This document shows, in pieces, positions 50,727 to 60,400 of a DNA stretch of 64,000 nucleotides. The position numbers and the translations under genes were made by a program. Numbering within the stretch: position 1 is the stretch's first letter; every line of letters starts with the position of its first letter. The DNA is from Candidatus Latescibacterota bacterium (GTDB lineage: Bacteria; Latescibacterota; UBA2968): NCBI GenBank assembly GCA_965204375.1, contig OZ241986.1, positions 4,640,001 to 4,704,000 on the forward strand, given 5' to 3'. The notes below the pieces were generated by a model, which was given only the letters and a program-made list of their open reading frames with translations, did not search any database and was not told the DNA's origin.

Positions 50727-51901
50727 CAGTCATTGAGCCGCAAGGGCATAAGGAGACAAAGATAGTCTTCGCCTTCGAGTTGTTCACCGGGTCTTATGAT
50801 TCCCGCGGCAACAGCACTGTCGAGTTCAAAGAGGATTTCGTCACAGTTAATGCGCCGGAGCACATCTTGTAGATAGCCGGAATTATATCCAATGGTCATT
50901 TCATCTTCATCGTATTCAACGTCCATAGATTCGCGTGCTTCGCCTCCTATTTCCTGGCTGGTCGCCGATAATGCGAGTTCATCCTTTTTGAGTTCGAGCC
51001 GCAATTGATGGGTCTGAGCACTTGCCAGAATGGATACGCGCCGCACCGCAGGCAGCAATTGGCTGTTCGAAACGCGAAGGCGCTTGCCGTTGTTTTGAGG
51101 AATCACCTGTTCGTAATCGACATAGGGACCTTCAATCAGTCGAGAGAAGATCTGGATGGCGTCTTCGTCGCCCAGGGAAAAAAGCACATGGCTTTGCCCG
51201 AGTTGCACTTTTTGAAGATCTGATCCCCCGCCCATGAGTTTAACCACCTGATTCAAAGCATGAGGTGGAACAATGGCCTCTTTATTTTGATCGGGCAAGC
51301 CATCTTGAATCCGCGAATATTTGACCAGGCGATGACCATCTGTTGCCACCATGGTCATGCGTCCATTGCCAACCTGCCAGAGTACTCCTGTGAGCACCGG
51401 ACGCGTTTCATCGCGAGATACGGCAAAGATCGTTTTAGAAATCATTTCGCTGAGGACATCGCTATCAGCCGAAGAATCCTGAGAATCCTCATCTTCATCG
51501 GACAGAAACGCGATCTCGGGACCATCGATCTCCGTAGGCAAGTCGGGAAAATCGTCAGATGGCACCGACATCAAGGCATAAGTTCCTTCGGCGCCACTTT
51601 GGCGCTGGAGCGTTACACGACCTTCTTCTGCGGTGAGGGATAGGGTTTCTTCGGGCAACTCGCGCACAATTTCTGAGAATTTGCGCGCTGGCACCGTTGT
51701 TGCCCCGGCGTCTTCGATGGTGGCTGAAAGTTTGCATGTTATTGATATATCGAGATCTGTGGCACTCAAACACACATCGCTACCATTGTTTGCATCTATC
51801 AGGATATTGGACAGTACTGGCAATGCGGTTTTAGAGGGCACGATATCGATCACAGCCTGGATACCTTTGAGGAGTTCATCTTTTTCTATTAAAACTTTCA
51901 T
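50726..51901 (-). CDS. dnaN: DNA polymerase III beta sliding clamp
   Basis: PVLSNILI, ATDLD, DETRPVLTGV, ATDGHRL, SRLIEGPY, LMPLR. Start at MKVLIEK. Confidence 0.97.
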   Translation of the reverse strand: MKVLIEKDELLKGIQAVIDIVPSKTALPVLSNILIDANNGSDVCLSATDLDISITCKLSATIEDAGATTVPARKFSEIVRELPEETLSLTAEEGRVTLQRQSGAEGTYALMSVPSDDFPDLPTEIDGPEIAFLSDEDEDSQDSSADSDVLSEMISKTIFAVSRDETRPVLTGVLWQVGNGRMTMVATDGHRLVKYSRIQDGLPDQNKEAIVPPHALNQVVKLMGGGSDLQKVQLGQSHVLFSLGDEDAIQIFSRLIEGPYVDYEQVIPQNNGKRLRVSNSQLLPAVRRVSILASAQTHQLRLELKKDELALSATSQEIGGEARESMDVEYDEDEMTIGYNSGYLQDVLRRINCDEILFELDSAVAAGIIRPGEQLEGEDYLCLLMPLRLND

Positions 51902-52016
51902 GAATGCGTTTCTCCCGAGCGCGTTGAGCACTTTGTAAATGATTTTTTGCAGCGTGGAATAGTGTGTTCTGGGGGGATGAAAAACGATAGATTTTTTACC
52001 CAATTACAAACACCAT

Positions 52017-52045
52017 AATTTACTGAATTTTAACGATTTTGTCAA
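52017..52045 (-). promoter_or_regulatory. dnaN operon promoter
   Basis: TTGACA-17-TAAATT on the minus strand. Confidence 0.5.
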
Positions 52046-52104
52046 CCTTACTTTTTGTCTTAAAACCCTCTGTGTCCCAAAGAATTATCAGAAAAAAAAA
52101 CAGT

Positions 52105-52175
52105 AACTTAAACGGTTATAAATTCACGTCTTTCCGTCAGCCATCATAATCCTTTGTAATAACCTTGACGTGTGC
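52105..52175. repeat. Direct repeat copy 1: displaced addA-type 3' end plus -35 element
   Basis: 52105-52143 is identical (39 bp) to 54012-54050; similarity continues to CTTGAC.TGTGC. Confidence 0.9.
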
Positions 52176-52199
52176 ATCATTTGTGCATATATTTGTTTT

Positions 52200-52475
52200 A
52201 TGAATTATCAATGGGATCCAGAAAAAGCAGAATCAAATTTCCTTACACATGGTGTTGATTTCGCTGACTCAGTTGGCGTATTTGAGGATATCTGGGCATT
52301 GACCTTGAAAGAAGAGATTGAATCGGATGAGCAACGATTTGCCACTCTTGGTACCGATTTCTTTGGACGAATTTTGGTTGTCGTTTATACATATCGAAAC
52401 GAAGACATCCGTTTAATTTCCGCTCGCCCTGCAACGCGTCGGGAAAGGAGAATATATGAACAAAAAAGAATATAA
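52200..52475 (+). CDS. BrnT family toxin
   Basis: YQWDPEKAESN..HGVDF, EQRFATLG, RLISAR.A..RER..YE. Promoter TTGACG-17-TATATT ends at 52193, so the mRNA is near-leaderless. Confidence 0.92.
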   Translation: MNYQWDPEKAESNFLTHGVDFADSVGVFEDIWALTLKEEIESDEQRFATLGTDFFGRILVVVYTYRNEDIRLISARPATRRERRIYEQKRI

Positions 52476-52716
52476 TTTTGAGACCGCCCAACAAGGCCCT
52501 GTCGTTCAGCCGCCACTTGGCAAAACGCGCATCACTATTCGCCTGGACACAGACATTCTGAATTGGTTTAAGAAACAGGTTCACGATGCAGGGGGCGGAA
52601 ATTATCAGACGCTTGTGAACCAGGCCCTCAGAGAACACGTCCAGGCTAACAATGGCGCATTGGAACAAACACTACGCAAAGTCATTCGCGAAGAACTCGG
52701 TTCATACTCAGTATAG
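52456..52716 (+). CDS. BrnA family antitoxin
   Basis: KTRITIRLDTDILNWFK...GNYQTLVNQALR. Confidence 0.92.
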   Translation: MNKKEYNFETAQQGPVVQPPLGKTRITIRLDTDILNWFKKQVHDAGGGNYQTLVNQALREHVQANNGALEQTLRKVIREELGSYSV

Positions 52717-52723
52717 CAAAAAG

Positions 52724-52759
52724 AAAAGACGCCGATACTACCCAAGCATCGGCGTCTTT
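52724..52759. terminator. Intrinsic terminator
   Basis: AAAGACGCCGAT...ATCGGCGTCTTT. Confidence 0.8.
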
Positions 52760-52838
52760 GTCCGTAAACGATAATGGCTATTTTATCACAGCGGTTTTAA
52801 ACGTCCTTTTGGAGATAGGCGATATAAAATGAATCTTC

Positions 52839-53858
52839 TCATGTGATTTTCTTCAGGTATGTGCACAACTCGTTTTCCAAATTTTTTGCTTCATCCTGAG
52901 AAAGGTATGGCACTTTAAGGGTTCGAGCCCAGAAAAAGCTCTTTCCAGTAATTTCAGATACTTTCCCAAAGGGCATGGCAACTATCTCTTGACCCTTTTT
53001 AGGAACTGGAGTAGTAAATTTCACATCCCGATACTTGGCATTCTCATCATCCAGTGACACTATATTACCTTTTTTTACTCGGCCAGCAGCAACAAGGCCT
53101 TCCCCTCTGTGTGAAAAGAACACGGTGTCATCCGGATAAATATATTCAATAAACCGCTTTGTATCTCCCCAGGCGGCTACTCGGCTATTTTCTATCATAT
53201 ACCAAATTGAGTCTTCAAAATAAGTTCTATTAGTATCGAACAACACCCCTTTGGTGTCACTTGGGTTCCTGTGCTTATCATAAGGTAATGCAAAGAACTC
53301 AAAATATTGTTCGCCGTTCAGGTCATAGATTCTATACGGCAAAAAGTCGATTGAAATTCCTTGTTTTTTCCAATAATCCACTGCATTAATGAGGCTATCA
53401 TCTGCGGCACTACCAATTATTATTAGTCGTTGTTTGTTATTGATCTCTTTTGCGTCCAATTTATACTCAAGGTCAAAGGCCTCTTTGTGTGCTTCGCGTA
53501 AATCAGTATCTTTATATTGTCGGTATTTATTTTCCAAGGTTTCGTAACTCCATTGTCCGGCCCCTTGTGCATAACGTAGGGCCTGGTGTACAGCATCTTC
53601 GCCAGCAGTTTCTCTTTTTAGTTCGAATATAATCAGTTCGCCTTTTTCATCTAATGCATAGATATCCGCTTCACCTTGACCTTGCCGTTCTTGAAATATT
53701 GGCATTAAACTGGCATCCTCAAATAGAACATCAAGAATATTCCTCGCTATCAAATCCTCCAGGTCTTTTTCGCGATTTCCAAAGCTAGAAAAATTCTTGA
53801 ATGCTACGGGTTTGAGTGTATCGAACTTCCCGTCAGTTGAGCCAAGTTTGTACAGCAT
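52839..53858 (-). CDS. NucS-like PD-(D/E)xK endonuclease with C-terminal EVE/PUA-like domain
   Basis: EKDLED, ADIYALD..GELIIFELKR, QALRYA; C-terminal DTVFFSHRGEGLVAAGRV; AT-rich. Confidence 0.7.
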   Translation of the reverse strand: MLYKLGSTDGKFDTLKPVAFKNFSSFGNREKDLEDLIARNILDVLFEDASLMPIFQERQGQGEADIYALDEKGELIIFELKRETAGEDAVHQALRYAQGAGQWSYETLENKYRQYKDTDLREAHKEAFDLEYKLDAKEINNKQRLIIIGSAADDSLINAVDYWKKQGISIDFLPYRIYDLNGEQYFEFFALPYDKHRNPSDTKGVLFDTNRTYFEDSIWYMIENSRVAAWGDTKRFIEYIYPDDTVFFSHRGEGLVAAGRVKKGNIVSLDDENAKYRDVKFTTPVPKKGQEIVAMPFGKVSEITGKSFFWARTLKVPYLSQDEAKNLENELCTYLKKIT

Positions 53859-54011
53859 AACATCTTCTCCTTGTTGACGTGATGTGAGACTTTAAAGGTG
53901 GTCAAGTCCTATTAGCCAGCAGCAACAACCTTTCCTGTGCGATCTATCTTTTTTTCATTGTCATTGTGATGTCCTTTATTTGATGCGGTAAGGCAAGCGA
54001 GGGTTTCGGGC

Positions 54012-54080
54012 AACTTAAACGGTTATAAATTCACGTCTTTCCGTCAGCCACAAGCCCTTTGTAATAATCTTGACATGTGC
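54012..54080. repeat. Direct repeat copy 2: displaced addA-type 3' end plus -35 element
   Basis: Minus strand encodes IITKGLWLTERREFITV*; 54026-54059 matches 57490-57523 at 32/34. Confidence 0.9.
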
Positions 54081-54280
54081 GTACCTTTGTTTTATAAATT
54101 GCGCCTTACGCCAAAGGTGAGATTGTCCGCAAATTTGTTGGTAATCAGAACTGCGAAACGTTCTTAGAAGCGACGTGACTGGCGATTAACAATTAAAGAC
54201 AGAAGTGAGACGTAAGAGGTAAAAGGGCCATCCAACACCACCAAAAGCAGTTAGCTTTAATCGAAAGGAGTTTGTAAATC

Positions 54281-55588
54281 ATGGAGAACCTGATGCGTAA
54301 ACGGATACTGTCAGCTTTATCAACCATTGCACTTCTGATATACCCGCTATCTCTTTTCGCTTCTACCGCGCCTTCTCCAGACTTTAATGGCGATGGCAAA
54401 GTGGGTATTGCCGACTTTTTGCTCTTTGTAGATCAGTTTGGAAATCGTCAGGGTGATGGGAAGTATGAAGCGAAGTATGATCTGGATGGGGATGGTTTGA
54501 TTGGGATTGGGGATTTTCTGATTTTTGTCAACGACTTTGGCAAAGAAGTGCCTCCCTCTGATGGTGGCGATGAGGAGATGGTTGACATTCCAGATGCGAG
54601 TCTGCGCGCGATCATTGCATACAGTCTGGGCAAAGCGCGTGGTGCGACGATCACACGGGCAGAGATGGCGAGTTTGACCGTTCTTGAGGCACAGAAATTG
54701 AACATCAGCGATTTGAAAGGGCTGGAGTTTGCAACCAATCTAATATCGCTGGATCTTAATAGCAACTCAATCACGGATCTTTCACCTCTATCTAACTTGA
54801 CCAACCTGACATCGCTGAGTCTTGACAACAACAGCTTCTCGGACATTGCACCCTCCTTATCTAACTTAACCAACCTGACATCGCTGAGTCTTGACAACAG
54901 CAGCATCTCGGAAGTTGCACCCTTATCTAACTTGACCAACCTGACATTTCTGTCACTTGGTGCTAACCCAATTTCGGATCTTTCACCTCTATCTAACTTG
55001 ACCAACCTGACATCGCTGAATCTTGACAACAACAGCTTCTCGGACATTGCACCCTCCTTATCTAACTTGACCAACCTGACATCGCTGAGTCTTGTCAACA
55101 GCAGCATCTCGGAAGTTGCACCCTTATCTAACTTGACCAACCTAACATTTCTGTCACTTAGTGTTAACCCAATTTCGGATCTTTCACCTCTATCTAACTT
55201 GACCAACCTGACATCGCTGTGGCTTTTTCACTGCACAATAACAGATCTTTCACCTTTATCTAATTTGACCAGTTTGAGGGAACTCCAGCTTGGCAATTCT
55301 ATTTTTCCAATTTCTATATATAACAACTCAATAACGGACATTTCGGCATTATCTGGTTTGACCAGCCTGACAACGTTGGGCCTTGAGGCCAACTCAATCA
55401 CAGACCTTGCCCCTCTGGTTGAAAATACGGGATTGGGTGAGGGAGATAGAGTTTTTGTGAACAACAACCCGCTGAGTGCCACATCAATCAACAAGTACAT
55501 CCCAGCCCTTCAAAGCAGAGGAGTTGATGTGAGATTTGGTGCGTCAAAGCCAGCGGTAGAGGAGAATAGAGCAAGGCATGATATCTGA
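54281..55588 (+). CDS. Secreted internalin-like leucine-rich repeat protein with N-terminal EF-hand/dockerin-like domain
   Basis: Signal peptide; DFNGDGKVGIADF / DLDGDGLIGIGDF; IPDASLR cap; LSNLTNLTxLxL repeats. Confidence 0.9.
   Translation: MENLMRKRILSALSTIALLIYPLSLFASTAPSPDFNGDGKVGIADFLLFVDQFGNRQGDGKYEAKYDLDGDGLIGIGDFLIFVNDFGKEVPPSDGGDEEMVDIPDASLRAIIAYSLGKARGATITRAEMASLTVLEAQKLNISDLKGLEFATNLISLDLNSNSITDLSPLSNLTNLTSLSLDNNSFSDIAPSLSNLTNLTSLSLDNSSISEVAPLSNLTNLTFLSLGANPISDLSPLSNLTNLTSLNLDNNSFSDIAPSLSNLTNLTSLSLVNSSISEVAPLSNLTNLTFLSLSVNPISDLSPLSNLTNLTSLWLFHCTITDLSPLSNLTSLRELQLGNSIFPISIYNNSITDISALSGLTSLTTLGLEANSITDLAPLVENTGLGEGDRVFVNNNPLSATSINKYIPALQSRGVDVRFGASKPAVEENRARHDI
54774..55219 (+). repeat. 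201-bp intragenic tandem repeat (three LRR units), about 2.2 copies
   Basis: CGGATCTTTCACCTCTATCTAACTTGACC recurs at 54774, 54975 and 55176. Confidence 0.9.
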
Positions 55589-55683
55589 GGACTGGGAGGC
55601 AAGGGATTATATTTATCGCGGACGGTAGGTCGCTTATCTACTTCATCTCCGTTACCCACTCGAAATTATAAGAGGATAAAGCA

Positions 55684-57396
55684 GTGAAAAGTCCATTCTC
55701 CATTCTACTCAGCTATGTTTCACTATCATTTTTCTTGACCTGCCTCTCTATTCTATTGACTGCAGGAGCGCAAGCCGATGAACCAGACCTTGCTGTCTGG
55801 CTAACCGAACACCCTCGTGTGTCCCAAGCCATCGCATGGGAAGATTCGAAAGGCATTACAACCTATCCCAACTGGTCTGCATCTCAGAAAGCGGACTTAT
55901 ACAGGACATTTCATAAAGTATGGAGTGCTCAATCTCTTGGTTTGACTGATCCGCCACCTAACATGCTGCAATTAGCAGACGATGGACCTGCCAGGATAGT
56001 ACTTTCTGAAGATCACGCTTGGCCATTGTTCTTGGCACATGTCTCATTCAGCCTTGCTGTTGAGACTGGACAGTGGGTACCGTGGTCGTTGACGGAGTAT
56101 TCAGATGAGGCTCTTTCGGAGTTATTCGATGGAAGCAAGATGTTCCAATGGGTTGATTTTTTTAAGGGTTACGAACCACCATTAAGGGGAATACCTGCTC
56201 CGCCTGATGTTACGTTCGAATTTGTGAACGAATACCTTATGATCGGACAGAGCAGGTTGGAGACAATTGGAAATCTCCTTGAGTGGTGTCGCGCAAAGAT
56301 GCATCACTTTTTCGGGAAGTTTAGGGCAGGAAATGTATATTCTCATTGGCAATACCGGGGGGGACCTCCGGTGTCGCGTGTCATTTCGGGTACAATCCGT
56401 GGGGGTAGTCGTTCCTCGAGACATTGGACAGCGGGTTGCCATGGGACTACGGCCTTTCTTCGTGCGGTATTGCGAGTCGTGAATATTCCGGTCAAAAATA
56501 TGATAGCTCGCAGGCACTCACTGCCCTACTTCATGACGGAGGGTAAGTACTTAAGCCATGGTGACGATCCTTATTCTGCGACTGTGAGTTCGAGTCCAGG
56601 ATACCCTATTGAGGAATTGTTCATTGATCAGACAACCTACGATGCGTGGTTTGGTCCCGGTGTGCCCCCGGAGAAGAGTAACGTTGGGCGCAGGACAGAA
56701 GATTTGGCGATTAAGTATCTGCCATTGCCAATGTTGAAAGCACACTGTAGAGACTTCATTCTGGGAATTCCGCATGCAAATAGTCAGGTGTACAATAACT
56801 ATTTGGAGCTATACCGTTTCTACACAGTAGAGGAACTAGAATCAATTAACTTTTGGAATAGAATGGAGGCTAAAATTGATGCTCTTGGAGGGTGTCCAAT
56901 AAAAACTCTCGGTCGGATCGCCCTTGATCCTCGAACGCCTACAATTCTGAAAATCTCAGGTCCGGTTACGTCGGCCGACAACCTACTCGTTGTTGAGGTC
57001 AGAGATAGTGAGGGACGGGTGATCGAAGATCATCTGGTGACGTTTTCTGTCACCTCCGGTGGTGGGACGCTGAGTGCAATACGCACGACGACGGATGCCG
57101 ATGGTAGAGCAGAGACACGTCTAACCCTTGGTCCAGATGTGGGAACGAACATCGTGTCTGCTATTGCCGCAGGAGCCGTAGAGCCAGTGACCTTTGTCGA
57201 TAAAGCTATGGCTATGCCCGACTTTGATGGCGATGGCATTGTTGGTATTTCTGACTTTTTGCAATTTGTCGAACAGTTTGGGTTCAGTCAGGATGACGAA
57301 GGATACGATGCGCGGTTCGATCTGGATGGGGATGGTTTGATTGGGATTGGAGATTTTCTGATTTTTGTTAACAACTTTGGCAAAAAAGTGTCATGA
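55684..57396 (+). CDS. Secreted protein: transglutaminase-like core, Ig-like (Big_1) domain, C-terminal EF-hand/dockerin-like domain
   Basis: Signal peptide; AGCHGTTAFLRAVLRVVNIP..HS..DDPY; VTFSVTSGGGTL..TTTDADGRA; DFDGDGIVGISDF. Confidence 0.7.
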   Translation: MKSPFSILLSYVSLSFFLTCLSILLTAGAQADEPDLAVWLTEHPRVSQAIAWEDSKGITTYPNWSASQKADLYRTFHKVWSAQSLGLTDPPPNMLQLADDGPARIVLSEDHAWPLFLAHVSFSLAVETGQWVPWSLTEYSDEALSELFDGSKMFQWVDFFKGYEPPLRGIPAPPDVTFEFVNEYLMIGQSRLETIGNLLEWCRAKMHHFFGKFRAGNVYSHWQYRGGPPVSRVISGTIRGGSRSSRHWTAGCHGTTAFLRAVLRVVNIPVKNMIARRHSLPYFMTEGKYLSHGDDPYSATVSSSPGYPIEELFIDQTTYDAWFGPGVPPEKSNVGRRTEDLAIKYLPLPMLKAHCRDFILGIPHANSQVYNNYLELYRFYTVEELESINFWNRMEAKIDALGGCPIKTLGRIALDPRTPTILKISGPVTSADNLLVVEVRDSEGRVIEDHLVTFSVTSGGGTLSAIRTTTDADGRAETRLTLGPDVGTNIVSAIAAGAVEPVTFVDKAMAMPDFDGDGIVGISDFLQFVEQFGFSQDDEGYDARFDLDGDGLIGIGDFLIFVNNFGKKVS

Positions 57397-57478
57397 CTTG
57401 AATCGTATCAGGACCAGGCGCGATATGGTCCCTCCTGTCAGTATAGGAATAGGACGTTAATTTTCTTAAACGCCATCC

Positions 57479-60400
57479 TCAAATCCCACTAAATTCCCGT
57501 CTTTCCGTCAGCCACAAACCCTTGGCGATGACCGTTTCGCCGGTGAATTTCTCCCAGTGTCTGGCATAGGTGTTCACCTGGTCGGACGTTTGTTCACACA
57601 GTGCCTGTACATCTTCGTCGGTTTTCACCACATTGGTTTTGTAATCGACGATTTTCCATCCTCCGGACAGGCGATAGACCAGATCGATGACGCCGCGGAT
57701 AATTTCGCTGGCGTTGTTCTCCGCTTGCGATACCGCAAAGGGGACTTCGGTATATACGGTTTCCGAAGTCTGTATTTCCTTCCATATCTCCGAGTTGCGA
57801 AAGTGCTGCAAGGCGTCCAGTGCATTCGGTAGAAATCCGGTGTCTGCTCCCGCTTCCTGTAGCAGATGCGCGACATAAGGTGTGGGATCATCGGGCAATC
57901 GCATGTTGATGGCATCGTCGAATATCTGGTGGATCACGGTGCCATACGCAGCTCCCTTACCCGCTGGTGTTGCTGATCGCCCTTCGTCCGTATATGTGAT
58001 GTCCGCCCGGTCATCTGTCACTTGCGCGATTTCAAAGGATTGTTTTTGCACGGCTTGCCAGAATTGATCTCTTTGCTCTCGTTCCATTTCTACAGACGGC
58101 GTTTTGGTTGATGGGGTTTCTGGGGTGGGTTGCGGTGAATGGTCGCCGTGCGCCAGTTCGGGCACGTTTTTTAGATGGGAATAGAGCGGCGACCACGGTC
58201 CATGGTCGGGTTTTTCCTCGTAGGTGGATATTATGAGCAAGTTTTCTGCGCGCGTTGCCGCTACGTAGAGCAATCGCAGTTCTTCGCTTTGCAAAAATCG
58301 CGTTTCTTCGACTTGGGCGTCTTCCCAACCCACAGGCTCGGCGACGACCTCGCGTTGATATGGTCCGCGGGGTTTTGTAATGGGCAATGCCAAAAAGGGT
58401 TCGTCGCGGGTACGGGATACGTGAAACTCGGGTCCATAACGCGTGTAACTCGTGTCATAGGGGTCGGCGAGGAAGACGATTTTGCCCTGTAATCCCTTAG
58501 CCTGGTGCAGGTTCATCAATCGCACGACGTCTTCCTGTGCGGAGGGGAGGGTCATTTGTTCAATTTTGTAGTCTCTGTCGTCAATGAGGGTGCGCAGTTC
58601 GGTTACCACCTGCCCCCAGTGCAATCCCTGCGCGCTCCATTCTCGGACGAGAGATAAGATGCGGATGAGATTGCCAGCATGTGTTTCACCCATGGGCAGG
58701 GTTCGCACAAAAGGCAGGAGGCCGAGTCTTTCTACACAGCGCGCTATGGCGGTATCGGGCGATAGGGATTGTAGCCATTCCGACGTTTTTTGGAGATGGT
58801 CATAAGCCTGCTCGAATGTTCGGCGCAATTCTCGATCCATTCCTTTGGGCAGATCGCGTGTCCAGTTGAAAACACCGCCTGCTTTTTTGAATTCATATAG
58901 GGAATCATCTCCCAAGCCGACGAGGTCTCCCCGCAAATAGGCGAGTAGTGGTAGCGGATTGTCGGGCATATAAACGGTTTCCAAAAAATTTGTGAGTGTA
59001 TGCAATACGTCTGCTTCGCCAAGGCGATCACCACCTGTGATGTCAAAGGGAATACCACACTTTTCCAGTGCCTGAGCGTAATGGGACAAATAGCCAGAGG
59101 TGCGCGTTAAGATGAGAAAGTCGCCCGGCGATGCGTTGGCCGTTTCTCCATTAATTTCTGTTTTGCCTTCTATGGCCGCTGCGATGAAGTTTGCAATTCG
59201 CGCGGCGTCTTCCTCTGTGATCTGGCTTCGGCTGTTGCGATAGACTTTGTCGATTGAGATTCGGCGGACCGCCATATTTTCGCCATCGGATCTGTATTTG
59301 AATAGCGGAGCAAATTCGGCTTGATAGGGTTTTTCATGCGCGGCGAACAGGGGTTCAAATGCCGCGTTGATCCAATCGCAGAGGTGGCCCAGTGAACGAA
59401 AGTTCGTGTTCAGGCCTACGATATCGCCATTGGTATTGTCAATGCGGTTGCGGACGAGGTCAAAGGTTTCGACATCTGCGCGGCGAAAGCGATAGATCGA
59501 TTGTTTGCCGTCGCCGACTAAAAATAAGCTGCCCGGGCGGGGTGTGAGTTTGCGCCAATCGGTTTCTTGCAGGTTTTCGCCGGTTAAATACAGCAATATT
59601 TCGGCCTGGATGGGATCGGTGTCCTGAAATTCATCTACGAATAGGCAGCGATAGCGATTCTGAAAGTGACGGCGCACTTCGGGGTGATCGCGCAATAATC
59701 GCGCGGCCAGTTCGAGGAGGTCTTGAAATGTAAGGCGACCGGTTTCGCGGCGGGTTCTGGCGTATTCTGCAACTGCGTCATCGACAAAGGGGGCAGCGAA
59801 TCGGTAGATGTATTGTCGCCATCTGGTGAGGGTGGGGTTGAGTATTTCGGTTTGAAATTCGGGGAATAAGGTATCTCGCAACCGCTTTGCAAAATCCTGG
59901 TTGGGCGTCCAGCTTTTCAGGGTGACACTGAGGTTTCCGGAAAGTATGTGCAAGAGGGCGATGCGATCCGCATCGGATTGTATCCCCCGGTTTGACAGGA
60001 ATAATCGCGCGCGCATCAATGCTGTCTGGAGGGCATCGCGTCTGCCGGGGAGTGGATCGGGGATATGGGCTTCTGTGTGTTGCAGAAAGGCTTCAAGTTC
60101 TGAAACTGCGGTCGATAGATCGGGTTTTTGTACTGGTTCGCTTACGAGCGGTACATCGCTGAACTGGTAGCGTCTTTGAAAAAATCCATACAGGTCTTCC
60201 GGACGCAGACCCAGTTCTTCAAATTTGACGAGTCGCGGGTCTTCGGATAGAAAACACTGTTGGACAAACGCGTCCCACGCTTCGCGGCGCATGACGGCTT
60301 CTTCGCGCTCTTCGACTTCTGAAAAGTCGGGTGGCAGGCCCGCTTCAACGGGGCGTTCGCGCAGTAATTGGCCGCAGAATGAGTGTATGGTGCCGATAAA

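Noticed and set aside
53860-54010. 14-bp match (GCCAGCAGCAACAA) to the nuclease gene interior near 53082
   Set aside because: Too short and isolated to distinguish from chance.
54448-55206. 252-aa repetitive antisense ORF
   Set aside because: Shadow of the LRR repeats on the opposite strand.
54774-55219. Repeats as a CRISPR array or DGR template/variable region
   Set aside because: In-frame coding LRR units with no unique spacers; no cas or reverse transcriptase gene in the window.
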